From positions 242,415 to 306,414 of the forward strand of contig QPMI01000127.1 in the NCBI GenBank assembly GCA_004431415.1: 64,000 bases of DNA. The letters are read 5' to 3'. The notes under the pieces are model-generated. The model saw only the letters and a list, made by a program, of their open reading frames with translations. It searched no databases and was not told the DNA's origin. Each line of letters opens with the position of its first letter. Position 1 is the stretch's first letter. The position numbers and the translations under genes were made by a program. Source of the stretch: Cyanophora paradoxa CCMP329 (lineage: Eukaryota; Plantae; Glaucophyta). This document shows, piece by piece, positions 47,415 to 60,700 of this stretch.

Positions 47415-50400
47415 ATGAAGATCCGGATCGCGGTCGCGCTCACCGTGCCGTTCGTCGTGCTTCTTCTGGCCACGGCGGTGCGCCCCGCCGCCGGCGCCGC
47501 CGCGGGTCCGGGGCTGCGGCTGAGGGGGCGGGGGCGGGGGGCGGGGGCAGGCGGCGGTGTGGGCGGTGGGGACGGTCTTCTCGCAGCGGACGGTGGACGA
47601 CGTGCTGGACCTGCAGCAGCGCGACGCCGTGAAGCGCGTCCGCGACGAGGTCGACGCCGGCGTCCTCCGCACCGCCAAATTCAGTCCGCCCGCCCCGCCC
47701 CGCCCCCGCCCCGCCCCGCGTCCGACCGCCGCCCCAGTGAACGTCTTCGCCGACCTCGAGTTTCGGGAGCCCTTCGCGGATTTTGATGACCTCCGCGGGG
47801 GTGCGTGGGCGCTCCGCCCTTGCTCCCTGACCCCCCTCGCCATGCGCCCACCGGGTTCCTTTCACGCAGACACGGCCAAACTCATATGGACGCGCCTGAG
47901 AGCCTTGGCGCCTCTTCTGCACTCCAGTGCCCTTTCCGGCTTCTGGATCGGCACCTACGACGGCCGGCGCGGCCCCTCTCCTCGACTTTGTACCCTTCCC
48001 CCTCTGTTTTTGAGTGCGGCTCCCGAGCAGGTTCGTGGGGTATGCTCGTCTCCGCACGGGCCGCGCGACATTTTCGACTTTCGATCACAAAGACTGGCAC
48101 GCCCGTACCCCTCCCGCCCTAGCACCCCGGCCCCTTCCAACTCGTCGGAACTAGAGGGGGCTGAACGCACGCCCCGCAGGAATTTCATAATTAAGGACGC
48201 CCAGACCGACGACGCGGTCCTCGAGTGCGCACGTACCTCACCCGAGCTCCCGCGCTCGGATGTACCCTTGATCGTGAGCCGCAGATACGAGATTGAGGCC
48301 GACGGCGTACCTCGCGGTGGGTTTAGTTTCTTCGCTCGCGATCGCCCTGCCCGGATCCCGGAGCGGGGCGTTCAATACCGGTACCCCTTTTTCGCGGCCG
48401 CAGGGAGCCCGGTCCGGGTGAACAGGAACTACGACCCCAAGGACCGCTCGTGGTTTACGCCGGGGGCCGATTCCTTCGGCTGGAGCGCCCCCTGTCCGCC
48501 CCGCCGCCGCCTCCGCTCTCGGCCCGCCTCTGCGCACCCCCGCGCCCGACGCCGCCGGCAGACATCCTCACGTCGAACGACTTCGGCATCTCGGCGTGCC
48601 AGCCGCTCGTGAACTCGAAGGGGGAGAAGCTCGGCGTCATGGCCACCACGTTCCTCGTCGAGGGGCTCGAATCCTTCCTCAAATCGGTACCCCTTCCCCC
48701 CCGCGGCCGCCCCGGGAGGCGCCCCGGGCCCCCTCCCGCCCGCCCCGGCGCCTCACGCCGGGGCAGATGCCGTACGCGGAGCTCGGGGCCGTGTCGTTCA
48801 TCGTCGAGCGCGGCACGGGCCTCCTCGTCGCCGCCTCCCGCGGGCCCTCCTCGCCCGCCACGGTCCGCCCTCCATCGCCCCAGGGCGCCGCGGGCGCGCC
48901 TGACGCGGGGCGGGGCAGCGGTGGGGGAGGTGGACGGGCGCTTCACGCCGGACCGGCGGCTGGCGCCCAGCGACCCCATCGTGGACGCCACCATCCGCGA
49001 GGCCGCCGCCCGCCTGCTCGACGAGTACGGCTCCTTCGCCAGCGTGCCCCAGCAGGCGACCCGCTCCCCGCCACGCCCTCCTCCCCCCCCCCCCCACTTA
49101 CGCCGTACCCCAGGCGACTCTGAACATTCTGAGCTCGCGGCGCTGGCTGGGCGAGGGCACTCTCATCCAGGCCGCCGATCTCACCTCTCTCGCCTTGACA
49201 TGGTACGCCTTTGTCTCGCCTCGGCGGCGCCCTCGGCTGACGCTCGCGCCGCGGCCGCAGGTCGTCTGCACGGCAGTGCCGCGCGTGCGCCGCGCGGCCG
49301 CGCCGGCAGCCTTTCGAGAGCCGCGCTGACGGCGCCCCTCCAGGGCTCCTTCACGCCGCGCTCGGCCTGGACCTTCGCCGTCTCCGCCGCCATCGCCGTC
49401 GCCGTCACCGTGAGCGCGGCCCCGCCCGCCCGCCCCGCCCCGCCGGGCCCAAACCCGGCGCAGCTCGTCGGCCTGCTCGCCGGCGTGGCGGTCTCGCACG
49501 TCGTCACCCGCCGCCTCTCCCGCCTCTCCGCCCGCGTGCGCCGCCCGCCCCGCGCCCCGCCGCGCCGGCCCGGCCGCGGCCCCGAGCGGCTCGCAGATGG
49601 AGCGGATGCGGAGCGCCGACCTGGGGGCCGGCTTCGCGGAGGCGGTCCGGCCGGGGGCGAGCCAGCGCGTGCCGCCCAGCGGCGCCTCGGTCGGCGAGGC
49701 CAAGGGCCGGCGGCGCGGCCGCCCGCCGCGGCTGGTGGCGGCGCTGCGGCGGGCGTGGCAGCGGGCGCTCGGGGGCGTGCGGGCGCTGCAGCTGAAGGAG
49801 CTGGCGGAGATCGAGTCGATCTTCTACGACTCGATCGTGCTCGGGCTCGCGCACCACTACCAGGAGGCCCGCAGCCTCAACAACCTCCGCTCCGAGTTCG
49901 TCCGCAACATGAGCCACGAGATCCGCACCCGCTCAACGTCCGCCCCGGCCCCGCGCCCCGCCCCGCCCCGCCCGCCGCGTGCACGCCTCACGGGGCGGGC
50001 GGCGGGGCAGGGGATCGTCGGGTGCGCGGCGCTGCTGCGGGACACGGGCCTCACGGCGGAGCAGCTCGAGTTCGCGGAGCTGATCGCCAAGGCCGGCGAG
50101 TCGCTGGTCGAGATCATCAGCAACATCCTGGACTGGGAGAAGGTGCAGTCGGGCAAGCTGGTGCTGGAGGAGACCGAGTTCGAGCTGCGGCGCTGCCTCG
50201 AGGACTCGGCCGACCTCCTCGTCATGGCCGCCCAGCAGCAGGGTCCGCCCCGCGGCCGCCCCGCCCCGGAGCGCGGGGCCGGGGCGACGGGGCGGGGCGG
50301 GGCAGGGGTGGAGCTGCTGACGCGGCTCTCGCCCGAGGTGCCGGCGCGCATCGCCGGCGACCCCGTCCGCCTCCGCCAGGTCCTGGTCCGCCCGCCCCGC

Positions 50401-52842
50401 CCCGCCCGCCCCGCCCCGCTCGCCGCGCCGGTCCGAGCGCTGACCCGGCGCGCCGGCGCGGCAGATCAACCTGACGTCGAACGCGATCAAGTTCAGCCGC
50501 GGCGGCGGCACCGTCCTCGTCGAGGTCCGCCTCGTGCGGGGCCACGGCCGCCGCCCCGCATCCGATTCCTCTACGGAATTCGCCTCTTCCCCGCCGTCCC
50601 TGCGCTCTCGATCCCAGCGCATCGGCGCCCTCTCCCCCTCCTTCCGCCGCCTCCTGGCCCCCCCGCCCTCGCGTGTCGCCCCTGGAGACTCGCCCGCCGG
50701 CTCCACAGAGAGCCAACTCCGCTCGGCCGCGTACGCGCCCCCTCGCTCGCCGCCCTCGCTCTCCCCGCCGCCGGCACCGGCGCCAGCCGTTGTGCATATC
50801 GGCCGCGGTGCGGCTCGCAGCCGCCCTCCGCCTCCGTGGCCGCACTGAAAAAGAGTTTTCGCAGAGAAAGCGAACGACGGATCGTGCGAGAGCGCCGGCG
50901 TGTCCCATTACAGCTTCAGCGGTTGCGCCCTCGATCTGCCCGAGCCGCCTCCGGCGCCGTTGCATACGCGGGCGCCGGCGCCGGCGCCGCGACCCAGCGA
51001 GCACCGCTCCCGAGCTTTGGGTCCGCGCCCGTCGGCCGTCCTCCCGAGCGCCCCGGGGGAGGACGAGGGCGTCGCCTGGCTCGAGTTCAGCGTCTCCGAC
51101 GAGGGCATCGGTACCCCGCCCCGCCCGCCCCGCCCTCCCCGCCCCGCGCCGCCGCCGCGCGGGGCCGAAGCGGAAGCGGGTGCGGCGGGGCAGGGATCTC
51201 GCCGGAGAACGTCAAGAAGCTCTTCCGCCCCTTCGCGCAGGCCGACGCCACCATCACCCGCCGCTTCGGCGGCACTGGCGCGCCCCCGGCCCCGCCCGCC
51301 CGCCCCGGCCCGCCGGCAGCGCCTCTGAGGGCCGGGGGACAGGGCTCGGCCTGGCCCTCTCGGCGGCGATCGTCAACGAGCTCGGCGGCTCCATCGAGGT
51401 CGAGAGCGCCCCAACAGGGGCTCCAGGCGCGCCAACTACCCGCCCCGCCCGCCCGCGGCGCCCGCGGCCCCGCCTGACGCGCGCTCGCGCTCGCTCGCGC
51501 GGCGGCAGGTTCCACTTCGCGATCCCGCTGCGCGTGGCGGACTGGGGCGCCGACGAGGCGGCCGAGGAGGCGGCGCGGCGGCGGCGGCGGCGGGCGGCCC
51601 CGCGCCGCTGCGCTTCGCCGTGGTGGGCCCCCGGCGCTCGCGCAGTCGGTGGCGGAGGGTCTGCTGGCGGCGTGCGCGCGGCAGCGGCGGCCGCGGCCGG
51701 GCCTCGCGCTGTACCCTCCTTCGAGGAGGCGGACGGGGAGCTCGGGGACGCGCCCGGCGCCGGCCGCACGGTCGCCGTCCTCTCGCTGGGCGCCGCCCGC
51801 GCCGCCGGCCTCCTCGGCCTCGCCGCGCTGCCGCCGGCGCCGCACCGGCGCGGCGCGGTGCCGCTGGTCGTGGTGTGGCCGCGGGCCGGCGGCGGGAGGC
51901 AGAGGCGGGGGCGGGGCGGCGGGACAGCCGTCGCTGACGACGCCGGTCCGCGTGGCGGAGGCGGAGGCGCTCCTGTTCCGCCTCGACGCCCTCGACGCCC
52001 TCGGCCCCGCCCGGCCCGGCCCCGCCCCTGCCCCGGCCGGCCTCGAGATCGAGGCGCCGGCCGCGCCCAGCCCGGGCGCCCGCGCCTCGCCCCACGGCCA
52101 CCCCCGCACGCCATCGCGCCTTGCTTCCCTGCCCCTTCCCTCGGCTGCTCCAGTTGCCTCTCTTGAGAGCCCGCGGACCCACATTGATCGCGGCGTGCAG
52201 CGACCCTCTCGCAAGCCGCCGCGGCCGGGGCGCATGGAGGAGGCGAACATCCTGTGCGCGGAGGACAACGCGTTCAACTGCCTGGTCCTCACCAAGCTGC
52301 TTGCGCGGACGGGCTGCCGCTTCCGCGTCGTGCACGACGGGCGCCAGGCCGTCGACGCCCTCCTTCAGCACCAGCGCTCCGACCCCTTCCACCTCTGCCT
52401 CATGGCGCGCCCCGCCCCCCGCGCCCGCCCGCGCGGCCGCGCCTGACGCCGGGGCGGGGCGGGGGCGCAGGACGTGCAGATGCCGGTGCTGGACGGGCTC
52501 GGGGCGGCGGAGGAGATCCGGCGGCTGGAGGGGGACGGGGCGCTGCCGCCGGGGCCGCTGCCGATCGTTGCCCTCTCGGCGAACTGCACGCGGGAGGACC
52601 GGGAGGCGTGCGCGGCGGCCGGCATGGACGACTTCCACGCCAAGCCCCTCAAGATCGACGCCCTCCTCGCCGTCGTCCGCGCCCGCCTCGGCCTCCCGCC
52701 AGCCCCGGACCCCGCCCCGGACCCCAGCGACCGGCCCCGGCCCCTCCCCGCCCCCGCCGTCGCCCCCGAAGCGGGCCGCAGCCCCGCGGGCGTGGGCGAC
52801 AAGCTTGAGGGGCCGGCCTCAGCGGAGGAGGCGTGCACGTGA
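47415..52842 (+). CDS. Host multi-exon hybrid sensor histidine kinase (TM, Cache-like, HisKA, HATPase, receiver)
   Basis: [96 protein letters not shown], separated by short GC-rich introns. Confidence 0.93.
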
Positions 52843-53503
52843 GCGCGCGCCATGCACTGCGCCGTGACGGTCCGACAGTCGCCCTTATTTTGCCACTCTC
52901 CCTTCCGCCCCTAATAGTATTTTCGCTGCCTCACTGGCAGTCAGTGCCAGTCACTGCACAGTGCACATCCATGATCCATGTGGCTAGCGCTGACTCGCCG
53001 CTGAGTTTCTTTTTGCTATACCGTGTATACGTAAGGCTTAAATACCGCGTCACATATTAGCGCGTTCCAAAAATTTGGGCCCGATTTGCGCTTTACCGCG
53101 CTTCCAAATTACCGCGTTCCATCGTCTTCGAATTCTAAAATGTATTATTTGTTAGCAAAGGGGGTAATACTGCGCTACCAAATTACTGCGTTCTAAAAAT
53201 TTTGAGCGCGGTAATTTGGGTTGGCCGGGACCATCGGACCGGGCTAGCACTATTCTACCCGCCAGCTTGCCGGCTACACGCTGACGTAGGCGCACTACTA
53301 CTAGTACTAGTCTACTAGGCACTAGCCGGCTCGTAGGCTGTCGTAGCGGGTGAAAAGTTATCGCGATCGCCGGCTACCCTTGCGGGCCTTGCCCATACAA
53401 CGGGGCCCCCTTGCCTTACCCTTGAACGTACGGGCACGTCGAGTCGTCGTCGACTAATTGTCGAGTCGATTAGGAAAAAAACGAGCTGTGATGTCACCAT
53501 ATG

Positions 53504-53866
53504 GGCCGTATTTCGCTGTCGCCCACTACGTAGTGAAAATTAACTGCGGGGAAAAAAGTGTGATGCCATGATGATGCAAGTGCCGCCTCGGTGCCGCTTC
53601 CTCCGAGCTCGTAGTGTCTTGGTACTTTGCGTACCCGTCCTCTACTGGCATTCCATTGGCTGTTTCACTAGATTTCCTAAGAACGTAGCTTACGATGACG
53701 GGCGCTAATCGTAAAGAATTAGCGCCCGCGTAAGCTACGTTTAGACTCGAAATTACTTCGAAATTAACCTGACATCATGCAAAACGTGACATCACCGTCA
53801 TGTTTTAACTACGTAGTGCTTACGTAGCGCGGCTCCCATACAAATCCCCGACAGCGAAATACGGCC
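53504..53866. mobile_element. MITE (PIF/Harbinger-Tourist-like), 363 bp
   Basis: Perfect 18-bp TIR GGCCGTATTTCGCTGTCG / CGACAGCGAAATACGGCC, flanked by ATG on both sides (3-bp TSD); internal hairpin 53681-53742. Confidence 0.8.
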
Positions 53867-54513
53867 ATGCATGCGCATGCGTAGCGCTAGCATTGCGTAC
53901 TACCATTGCGTAGTATTGCGTACCGTTACTACCGTAGTACTACGGAGTCTACGGTATCAATGCCGTAACATTGCCGTTACATTGCCGTATCATGATCATG
54001 ATGTCAGATTCATCACGCGTACGCAGCGTTCGTTATATTAATTAATTACGGTACGTACTGTATTCGTAGAACCGTTGAACTAGAGATATTTACGTACTGG
54101 GCTGCATATTTAAATTATAGTACCAAAAAGTTCTGGGCGATCTACTAAATATTTCACGCCTGCTAATTAAAGTCGAGAATTTATAGGGGTAGTCCCGTCG
54201 CGTCTCCGCCATACAAAAGCCCTGCGAATTCGAAGCTTAAGGGCCGAAGTACTAGTTAAGGCTGACCTACTAATAGGCTACTATTAGGCTACTAAACATT
54301 TACCAGCTGCGCTAAAGTGGCAGTTTTAAAATTGGCGAAGCACTAATTATTTTCCTGTACTAAATTAACTAGTTCTACAGTTCTATGCATATGCATATGG
54401 TCACGCGTACGCCGCGACTCAGTGACTCACGCCGCCAGTCACGCGTACGGACTCTACTACGGAGTCTACATGCCATGATCAGTGATGTTATTCCGAATTA
54501 ACCGAAAAACTGC

Positions 54514-55007
54514 CTATTCCAGGAATGATTCCTGGAATATTCCTAGTAAGATTCCGAATTCTTTATTGTTTCTAGAAACACTTCCCTCAAACACGCGTAC
54601 CGCACCCCACGCCGGCCCGGCCCCGCCCTGCCCAGCTGCAGGCTGCCCGCCCCTCCCCGCTTTGCGAGACAACGTTAACTGTATAAACTGCCAATCATTA
54701 AACATTGAAGCGTATTCATGCGTTCAAAGGTGCAGCAGTGAGCTCGAGCTGCAGATCTAGAGGCGCAGGCGAGGAGCTCGAGGCGGCGGCCGGTCCCGCG
54801 GCCGCCGCCTCGGGCACAGGCTCGAGGCCAGAGACGAGAGCGCAGACGCCCTCGGGGAGCATCTCGTCCCCGACGTCGACGTCGTCGGGCAGGCCGCTTG
54901 CGGAGGTGATGCGGACAGGGCGGAGGAGGCTCTGAACGCTCTCCTCGCGGAGCCGCCGAGAAATCCGGCGCTGGATGAGCACATTCCAGGAATCATTCCT
55001 GGAATAG
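54514..55007. mobile_element. Possible MITE/foldback with 25-bp self-palindromic inverted repeats
   Basis: CTATTCCAGGAATGATTCCTGGAAT (54514-54538) and exact reverse complement (54983-55007); no TSD recognised. Confidence 0.55.
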
Positions 55008-57253
55008 AATATTAATTAAAAAAAGTTTCTAGAAAGAATGCCATCACTGGCCATGATGCGACCCAGTCGTACGTACACGGACTCACGGAGTCACGGACCC
55101 ACGGTATACCGGGGTACTAAATACCGTACTATACCCCGGTACGGAGTACCGTAGTACTAGTACTACGGACTCAGTACGGAGTAGGGCTGTGGTCGCTGGT
55201 TGTCGCTTCGCTCGCGAGGTTCCAGCGGCCGCTACGCTTGGCGTTTTCCGCCAGCGACGCCTCCTCGCTCAGCGTTTTTTATGGCTGACAGGCGCTAAAA
55301 AAAGCTCCATCCCGCTTTTTTCTCATCTGATGGTCGACGTAGGTCGGCGACGACTCTGCGTGGCCGAGCAATCTTGCTAAATTTCGACTGTTTTCGAGCA
55401 TCCAGGCGCTCCGCTTCGCCTAAAAGCAGCCTGCAGCTGGCCTCTATCCCGCAGAAATTGACGCATGGCTCGCGGAACCAAGCATTAAATCTGCATTTGC
55501 GTCTTAAAAGCTTGTATACGTACGAAATAAACTAAACGGAACAGATAGGTTTTCGGTCGGTTTCCAGCAGTTTTTCTTCAGGTTTTAGCGGTACCCCCAG
55601 CTCAGCGACGGGCCAGCGACAGGCGCCGCTCGCAGGGCTTCAGCGGCCGCTGGGCCCGGCCCCCCCCAGCGAGCACAGCTCTAGTACGGAGTAGGCGGCA
55701 GTACGGAGTAGTACGGAGTACAGTCCGAGTACTAGCCTAGTAGTTACTGTACTACGTATACGTACGGTCCCGTACGGACCAGGGCAGTTCAACGGTTCGC
55801 GATCAGAATCTTCGCATTCCCCATCTTTAAAAAAGTGTAAAAAAACGTTTTTCGTCAAAGTACCTCGTTGGTACTGTTTGCAGGCTCTCACCCGCAATTC
55901 TGTCGGTGCGTGGGGTTACCGCATTGTTTCACGGGGCAGGGGTAACCGCATTTTCGAGCATGTGGCTAGCGCTCGCGCGCCTGAAGCTTGCATGCGAACT
56001 GCGCAGTCCGGCCAGCGAGTCGACGTCGTGGCCGCGGCAGCGACACACAGGCTGACACAGCTGCAGCCTGCAGGCCTAGGCTAGGCTGAGCCGCTGAGCC
56101 TGGCGCTCACACAGCCTGGCAGCGACGTCAATCTGCATGATGGCATGCATATGTGGGTAGTGTGAGATACTATGATATCGATGCCATACGCGGCGGCGCC
56201 GGCGTAACGGCGGCAGCGCGCGCGGGGTCCGCGGCGCGGCGGGGATCGACCTCCGAGGCTCCGACGACCAGGCCAGTGCTTACAACTGCTTACCCGTGAG
56301 TCGGCCGTGACCAGCCTGGCAGGCAGTGGCAGCATGTACGACCGTAGTGCATTTACGTTCTGACCAGTGACCGTCGGACGGTAGCGCAAATTGCCGCAAG
56401 TTGCCAAGTTGTGCAACAGCCGCCCCATCGACACGTCGCGTCGACCGTCGGACCGTGGGGCCCGGGGACGTCGCGTCGGCGCCCCACCCGGTGACCGTGC
56501 CGCACCGTGGCAGTGGTGGCACTCGCGGGAGTTGCGGCCGGCCAGCAGCGCAGCGCCGCGTGGGGGGGCAGTGTCGCAGTTCTAGTTGTGCAACCGCCGC
56601 CGGTCGTAGATCTTCAGCCGCGAGACGTCGGACAGCGAGCTCGTCGAAGGCTCCGAGCCAGGTTTGACAGCCGGCCGCGGGGGGCACCAGTTCACTTGGT
56701 GCAAATCCAGCCTGGCAGATAAGAGCCCCCCTTCAAGCTTGTGCGCCGCTCGTCGACATCGCCGCCGCTGCCGCGCCCCCCGCGAGGCCACTGAAGATTT
56801 CACGCTTCGAATTCGACACCTGTATTGTTCCACACCCCGGCGCTAGAAGGTGCGCGCGCTGGCTCCCTGCATGGCCTCTTGCTTATCCGGCACCGCAGCT
56901 GCTTCACCCCGGACCCGACGCCCCGGCTCGCTCGCAAGGCCGTTGAGACCTCGGCATGGACGGCCCCCCGTTCGGTGGAGGGCCGAGCGCCGGTCCGCCT
57001 GCGACGCCTGCCGCGACGTCGCCCACGCCGCCCGGGCCCGCGCCGCCCGGCCTGCTGCTGGAGCTGCAGTCCACGATGGCGCCCGTGCTATACCGCAAGT
57101 GCGCACTGCCCCCCTCGGAGGCCTCGAACCAACGCTTAGACCTTAATTCGATCTCATTTGCAAGGTCTTCATAGACCACTCCACTCCTACCCCCTTTGAA
57201 TATCACTTGTCCCCCTCTCAAGCGAGCAGCCGCTCTCCCTCTCAAACCCTTGA

Positions 57254-57550
57254 GGCCCCCCCCCCCCCCCCCCCCCCCCGCCCGCCTTCCATACCCGCCG
57301 GCCGCCGCCTCTTCCACCCGCCAAGCGCCGCCCCCCCCCCCCCCCCCTTTCCCCCTCCCCCGCCATCCACCCACCCCCTGCCTCCCCCCCCCCGCCATCC
57401 ACCCCCCCCTGCCTCCGCCCCCCCCCCCTCCAGCCCCCCACTTCCTCCCCCGGCCCGCCCCTCCCTCGCCATTCCCCCCCCCCCCCCCCCCCGCTGTTTC
57501 CCCCTCTCACGGGCCTCTTCCTCCCACCGGGGCCCAGGCAACCCCCCAGC
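57254..57550. repeat. Poly-C low-complexity tract
   Basis: Multiple C runs of 10-24 nt. Confidence 0.85.
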
Positions 57551-57789
57551 AGAGACTCGGAAACTCGAACTAACTCCCTGTTGCGCAGGTGCCCGCGGCA
57601 TTCGCAGCCCCGAAAACCGAGCGGCAAAGCAGCAGACAGGAAATCCAAGACGCTAAGTCGCGATCGCGATCAGAATCTGAAGCCAGCTCCAGAGGTATTG
57701 GCAGCCGCACATGCGGCGGCGCAAGCAGCGGGGCCGTGGCCGCCCGCCCTCACACAGGACGAGCGAGGGGTGCGATTTGATCTGCATCT

Positions 57790-60700
57790 GTGTTCCGCGC
57801 ACTTGCGCGCCTTGCGGGCTGCCGGATCTCGCGCCCCGAGCTGGCTGACCCGCCGGCGCAGATGTACTGGGAAGTCGTGCCGCTCGAGCCGGGACCCGAC
57901 GCCCTCTACTGGGAGGTGGTCACGCGGCGCCAGTACAAGTGGGTCAGTCGATCGCGGCGCGGCGCGGCGCTCGCGTGCGCGCGCGCCGCGGTAACGTTGG
58001 GCTGGCGCGCAGCTCGTGCCGGCGGCGAGGACCGGCGAGGCGGTCGAGCTCGTCGTCGTCCCCTCGGGCCGCTCCCGGACGATCCCCACGCCCCTCATCC
58101 GCTACGACCCCGACTCGCCCTACCGGGTGCGCATACGCACTCGCCAACGTTGACGCGCGCGCGCGCCCGCCTCACGCTCGGGCGCTCCGCCTCAGACGGA
58201 GCGGGACCTCGGTGTGCTGGGGGACGTCGTCCGGTCCCGAATCGACTCGACGGGGCTCCTCGAGAACCCCTTCGGGTCCGTCCGCGGAGCTGGCTGCCCT
58301 GCCCCGCGCTCGCGCGCTCGGCGTTCGGAAACGCTTATCGCATCGCGGGTCGGGACAGGTTCCGGTGCTGCCCGACCGCGCCCGCCGCGGCGGCCGGCGC
58401 GGGGCCGGGGGCCGCCGCGGAGCCCAAGCACCCGCCTCTGCGCGTGGGCTACGAGATACGCCTCTCGCGCGGCGACAGCGGCGACTCGCTCTTCGGCTCG
58501 CCCGTCGTCGTCGTCGTCCGGCGCTCGCCGGCCCCAAGGGCGTCCTCGCAGCTCGCCGCGGCCTCGGGGGCCGCCGGCGCCGGCTGCGGCATTGAGCAGA
58601 TGTCTGACCCCGCGACGCCGTCGTTCTTCCCCCTCGACCCCTACTCGACCCCCTCCACACCGTACCCCTTCTCGTGCTGCAGCTCCTCCTCGGTCCCCAG
58701 CACGCCGGCGCTCCCGCTCCCCGGGCCGGATCACGACTCGGACTCGGAGGCGAAGCAGAAGCTGAACTTGAAGCGCCTGCGGCTGCACCGGGAGCTCACG
58801 GGGTCGGGCGCCGCGCCGCCGCCGGCCGCCAGCGACGCCGGCGCGACGGCAAAGAAGTACGCCGAACAGCAGCTGCAGGCAAGCCCGCCCGAGTCGCGCT
58901 CGAATACGACTGCGCGTCCTGCATTTGATTGTCTGAGCGGCGGCGCAGGATGACGTCAACGCGATTCCGGACCTCTTCTCGATGCTCAGCATTAATGTGG
59001 GCACGGGCTCACCGGCCGTCATCGAGAAAACCAGCTGCAGCTGGGTCGCCGACTTTCAAGCCAAGTTTACCAGATCGAATTCGTTGTTCTGGGGCTTGGA
59101 AGCGATCTGGTCCTTGGTGGTGCGGCTGGATAGACGGCCTTTGTTCCTCCGCAGTTCTGAGCGGCTGCGGTGCACGTGCGCAGGCTCGCGACGGGGCCTC
59201 CAACATTGTCAGGCACGCCAGTAATATTGCCAGATACGCCGGAGTCCGGTCGCCCACTCATAATCAAGCGTCGCGCAGCATGCGCACCTCTCTCTACGCC
59301 GAGGCATGTGCACTTTTCAGGCAGTTCAGCTTGGCGTGCGGTTTCTCCCAGTCGCAGGTGCTCACAATTCTGCTGCGTCTGCCGTCTCTCGCTGCCTCGT
59401 CGAATGCAAGCATCGATCCGCTCGCCTCGCAGCCGCAGAGCCCAGCGATACCAGCACAGCCAGGGCTCCCTTTGCCTGTGCAAGCAAGAGCGAGCCGGGT
59501 GGCCTTTGAGGCCGTCTTGTCGGCAAGTAATCCGTCCGAGCTGATTCGCCGCATCGAGGAGATGTTCTGTGGCGTCCAACTTCACTGGCCCCGCATCGTG
59601 CGTTTTTGCCGCTCTCAACCGCTTTCCTCTGCTCCGCCTGCATATGGCTTCCTAAAGCCTCAAACTTTGGGGGGCGAAGGTTTTGTCTGGCGATGCTGGC
59701 ATGCGCGCCCACACGTTCGCAAACTGTGAACATCAAGCAAGCGTCGAACGCCACTTGGATGAGGTGCGCTCAATTTTAGGACTGGCTAGTTTGTGTTAAG
59801 CATCTGGCAATCTATTCGGTTCCCTGAGGCTGACAGCATTCGGTTACCTGAATTCGAAGCTGACAGCCTTGCGTTCCGCGCAGCTTTCAGACGCGTTATC
59901 CGGAAGCGAAGGGGCATCGGTCGCACAGAGGTTGGCGGTCGTGCTCGGTGAGTGGAGAATGCGATCCGTTGGCTTGGGGCGAGTTTCTGACCGCCGGCGC
60001 CGGGGCCGTGCCCGCGCCTCGGCAGTGTCGGAGCCTGTTCTCGACAGCCGCTACAACCTGACCGACAGGGGCCACAGCGAGGTGCGAACAGGCCGTGCCA
60101 TGCAGACGTCTGTGCCTGGGCCCACCTCAGCCTTCGGCGCAGTTGCGGGCGATGTTCCGCGGCATGCGAGCAGCGACGCAGTCGATGGCGCTCGAGTGCT
60201 CCGTGATCGTCACCCTCTTCTCGACGGCCGGCGCGGGGTGCGCACTGCTGAGCGCGTGTTCGCGCGTTATGCGCGCCGCGCTGATCTTGAACCTCGCCGA
60301 TCGTAACCCAGGATCGCATTATGCAGGACGCAACCAATGTGCGCCTCTGTGATTCGCGCTTGAGCACTTAGGCTCCTAGCTTCTTTGATTCGCGGCCATA
60401 TTTATGTACGGGCCTCCGGTTATCCATGGCCATCGATGCTGACTACTGTATACGCGTGTGCGCAGAGATGTGCTCCGCGCCGCCTGCAAGCGCGCGTGGC
60501 GGCTCTCGCTCCTTGTGCACGGGCTGGCCTTCGGGATCGTGGAGGAGCTGATGCAGATCCCCTCCTTGGCCTCGGCTCAGGTGCGCGTTGCCAGAGGTCG
60601 GCTTTAGGTTTATCGATATAGCTGCGCGCGTCGCCACTCCGCTCCCTTGCTTCTCGGTGGCCGATGTGTGAGGGCTAGCTCTCGCGCTGACGCCTCTCCA

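Noticed and set aside
57187-57656. Pro- or Gly-rich ORFs
   Set aside because: Produced by the poly-C tract
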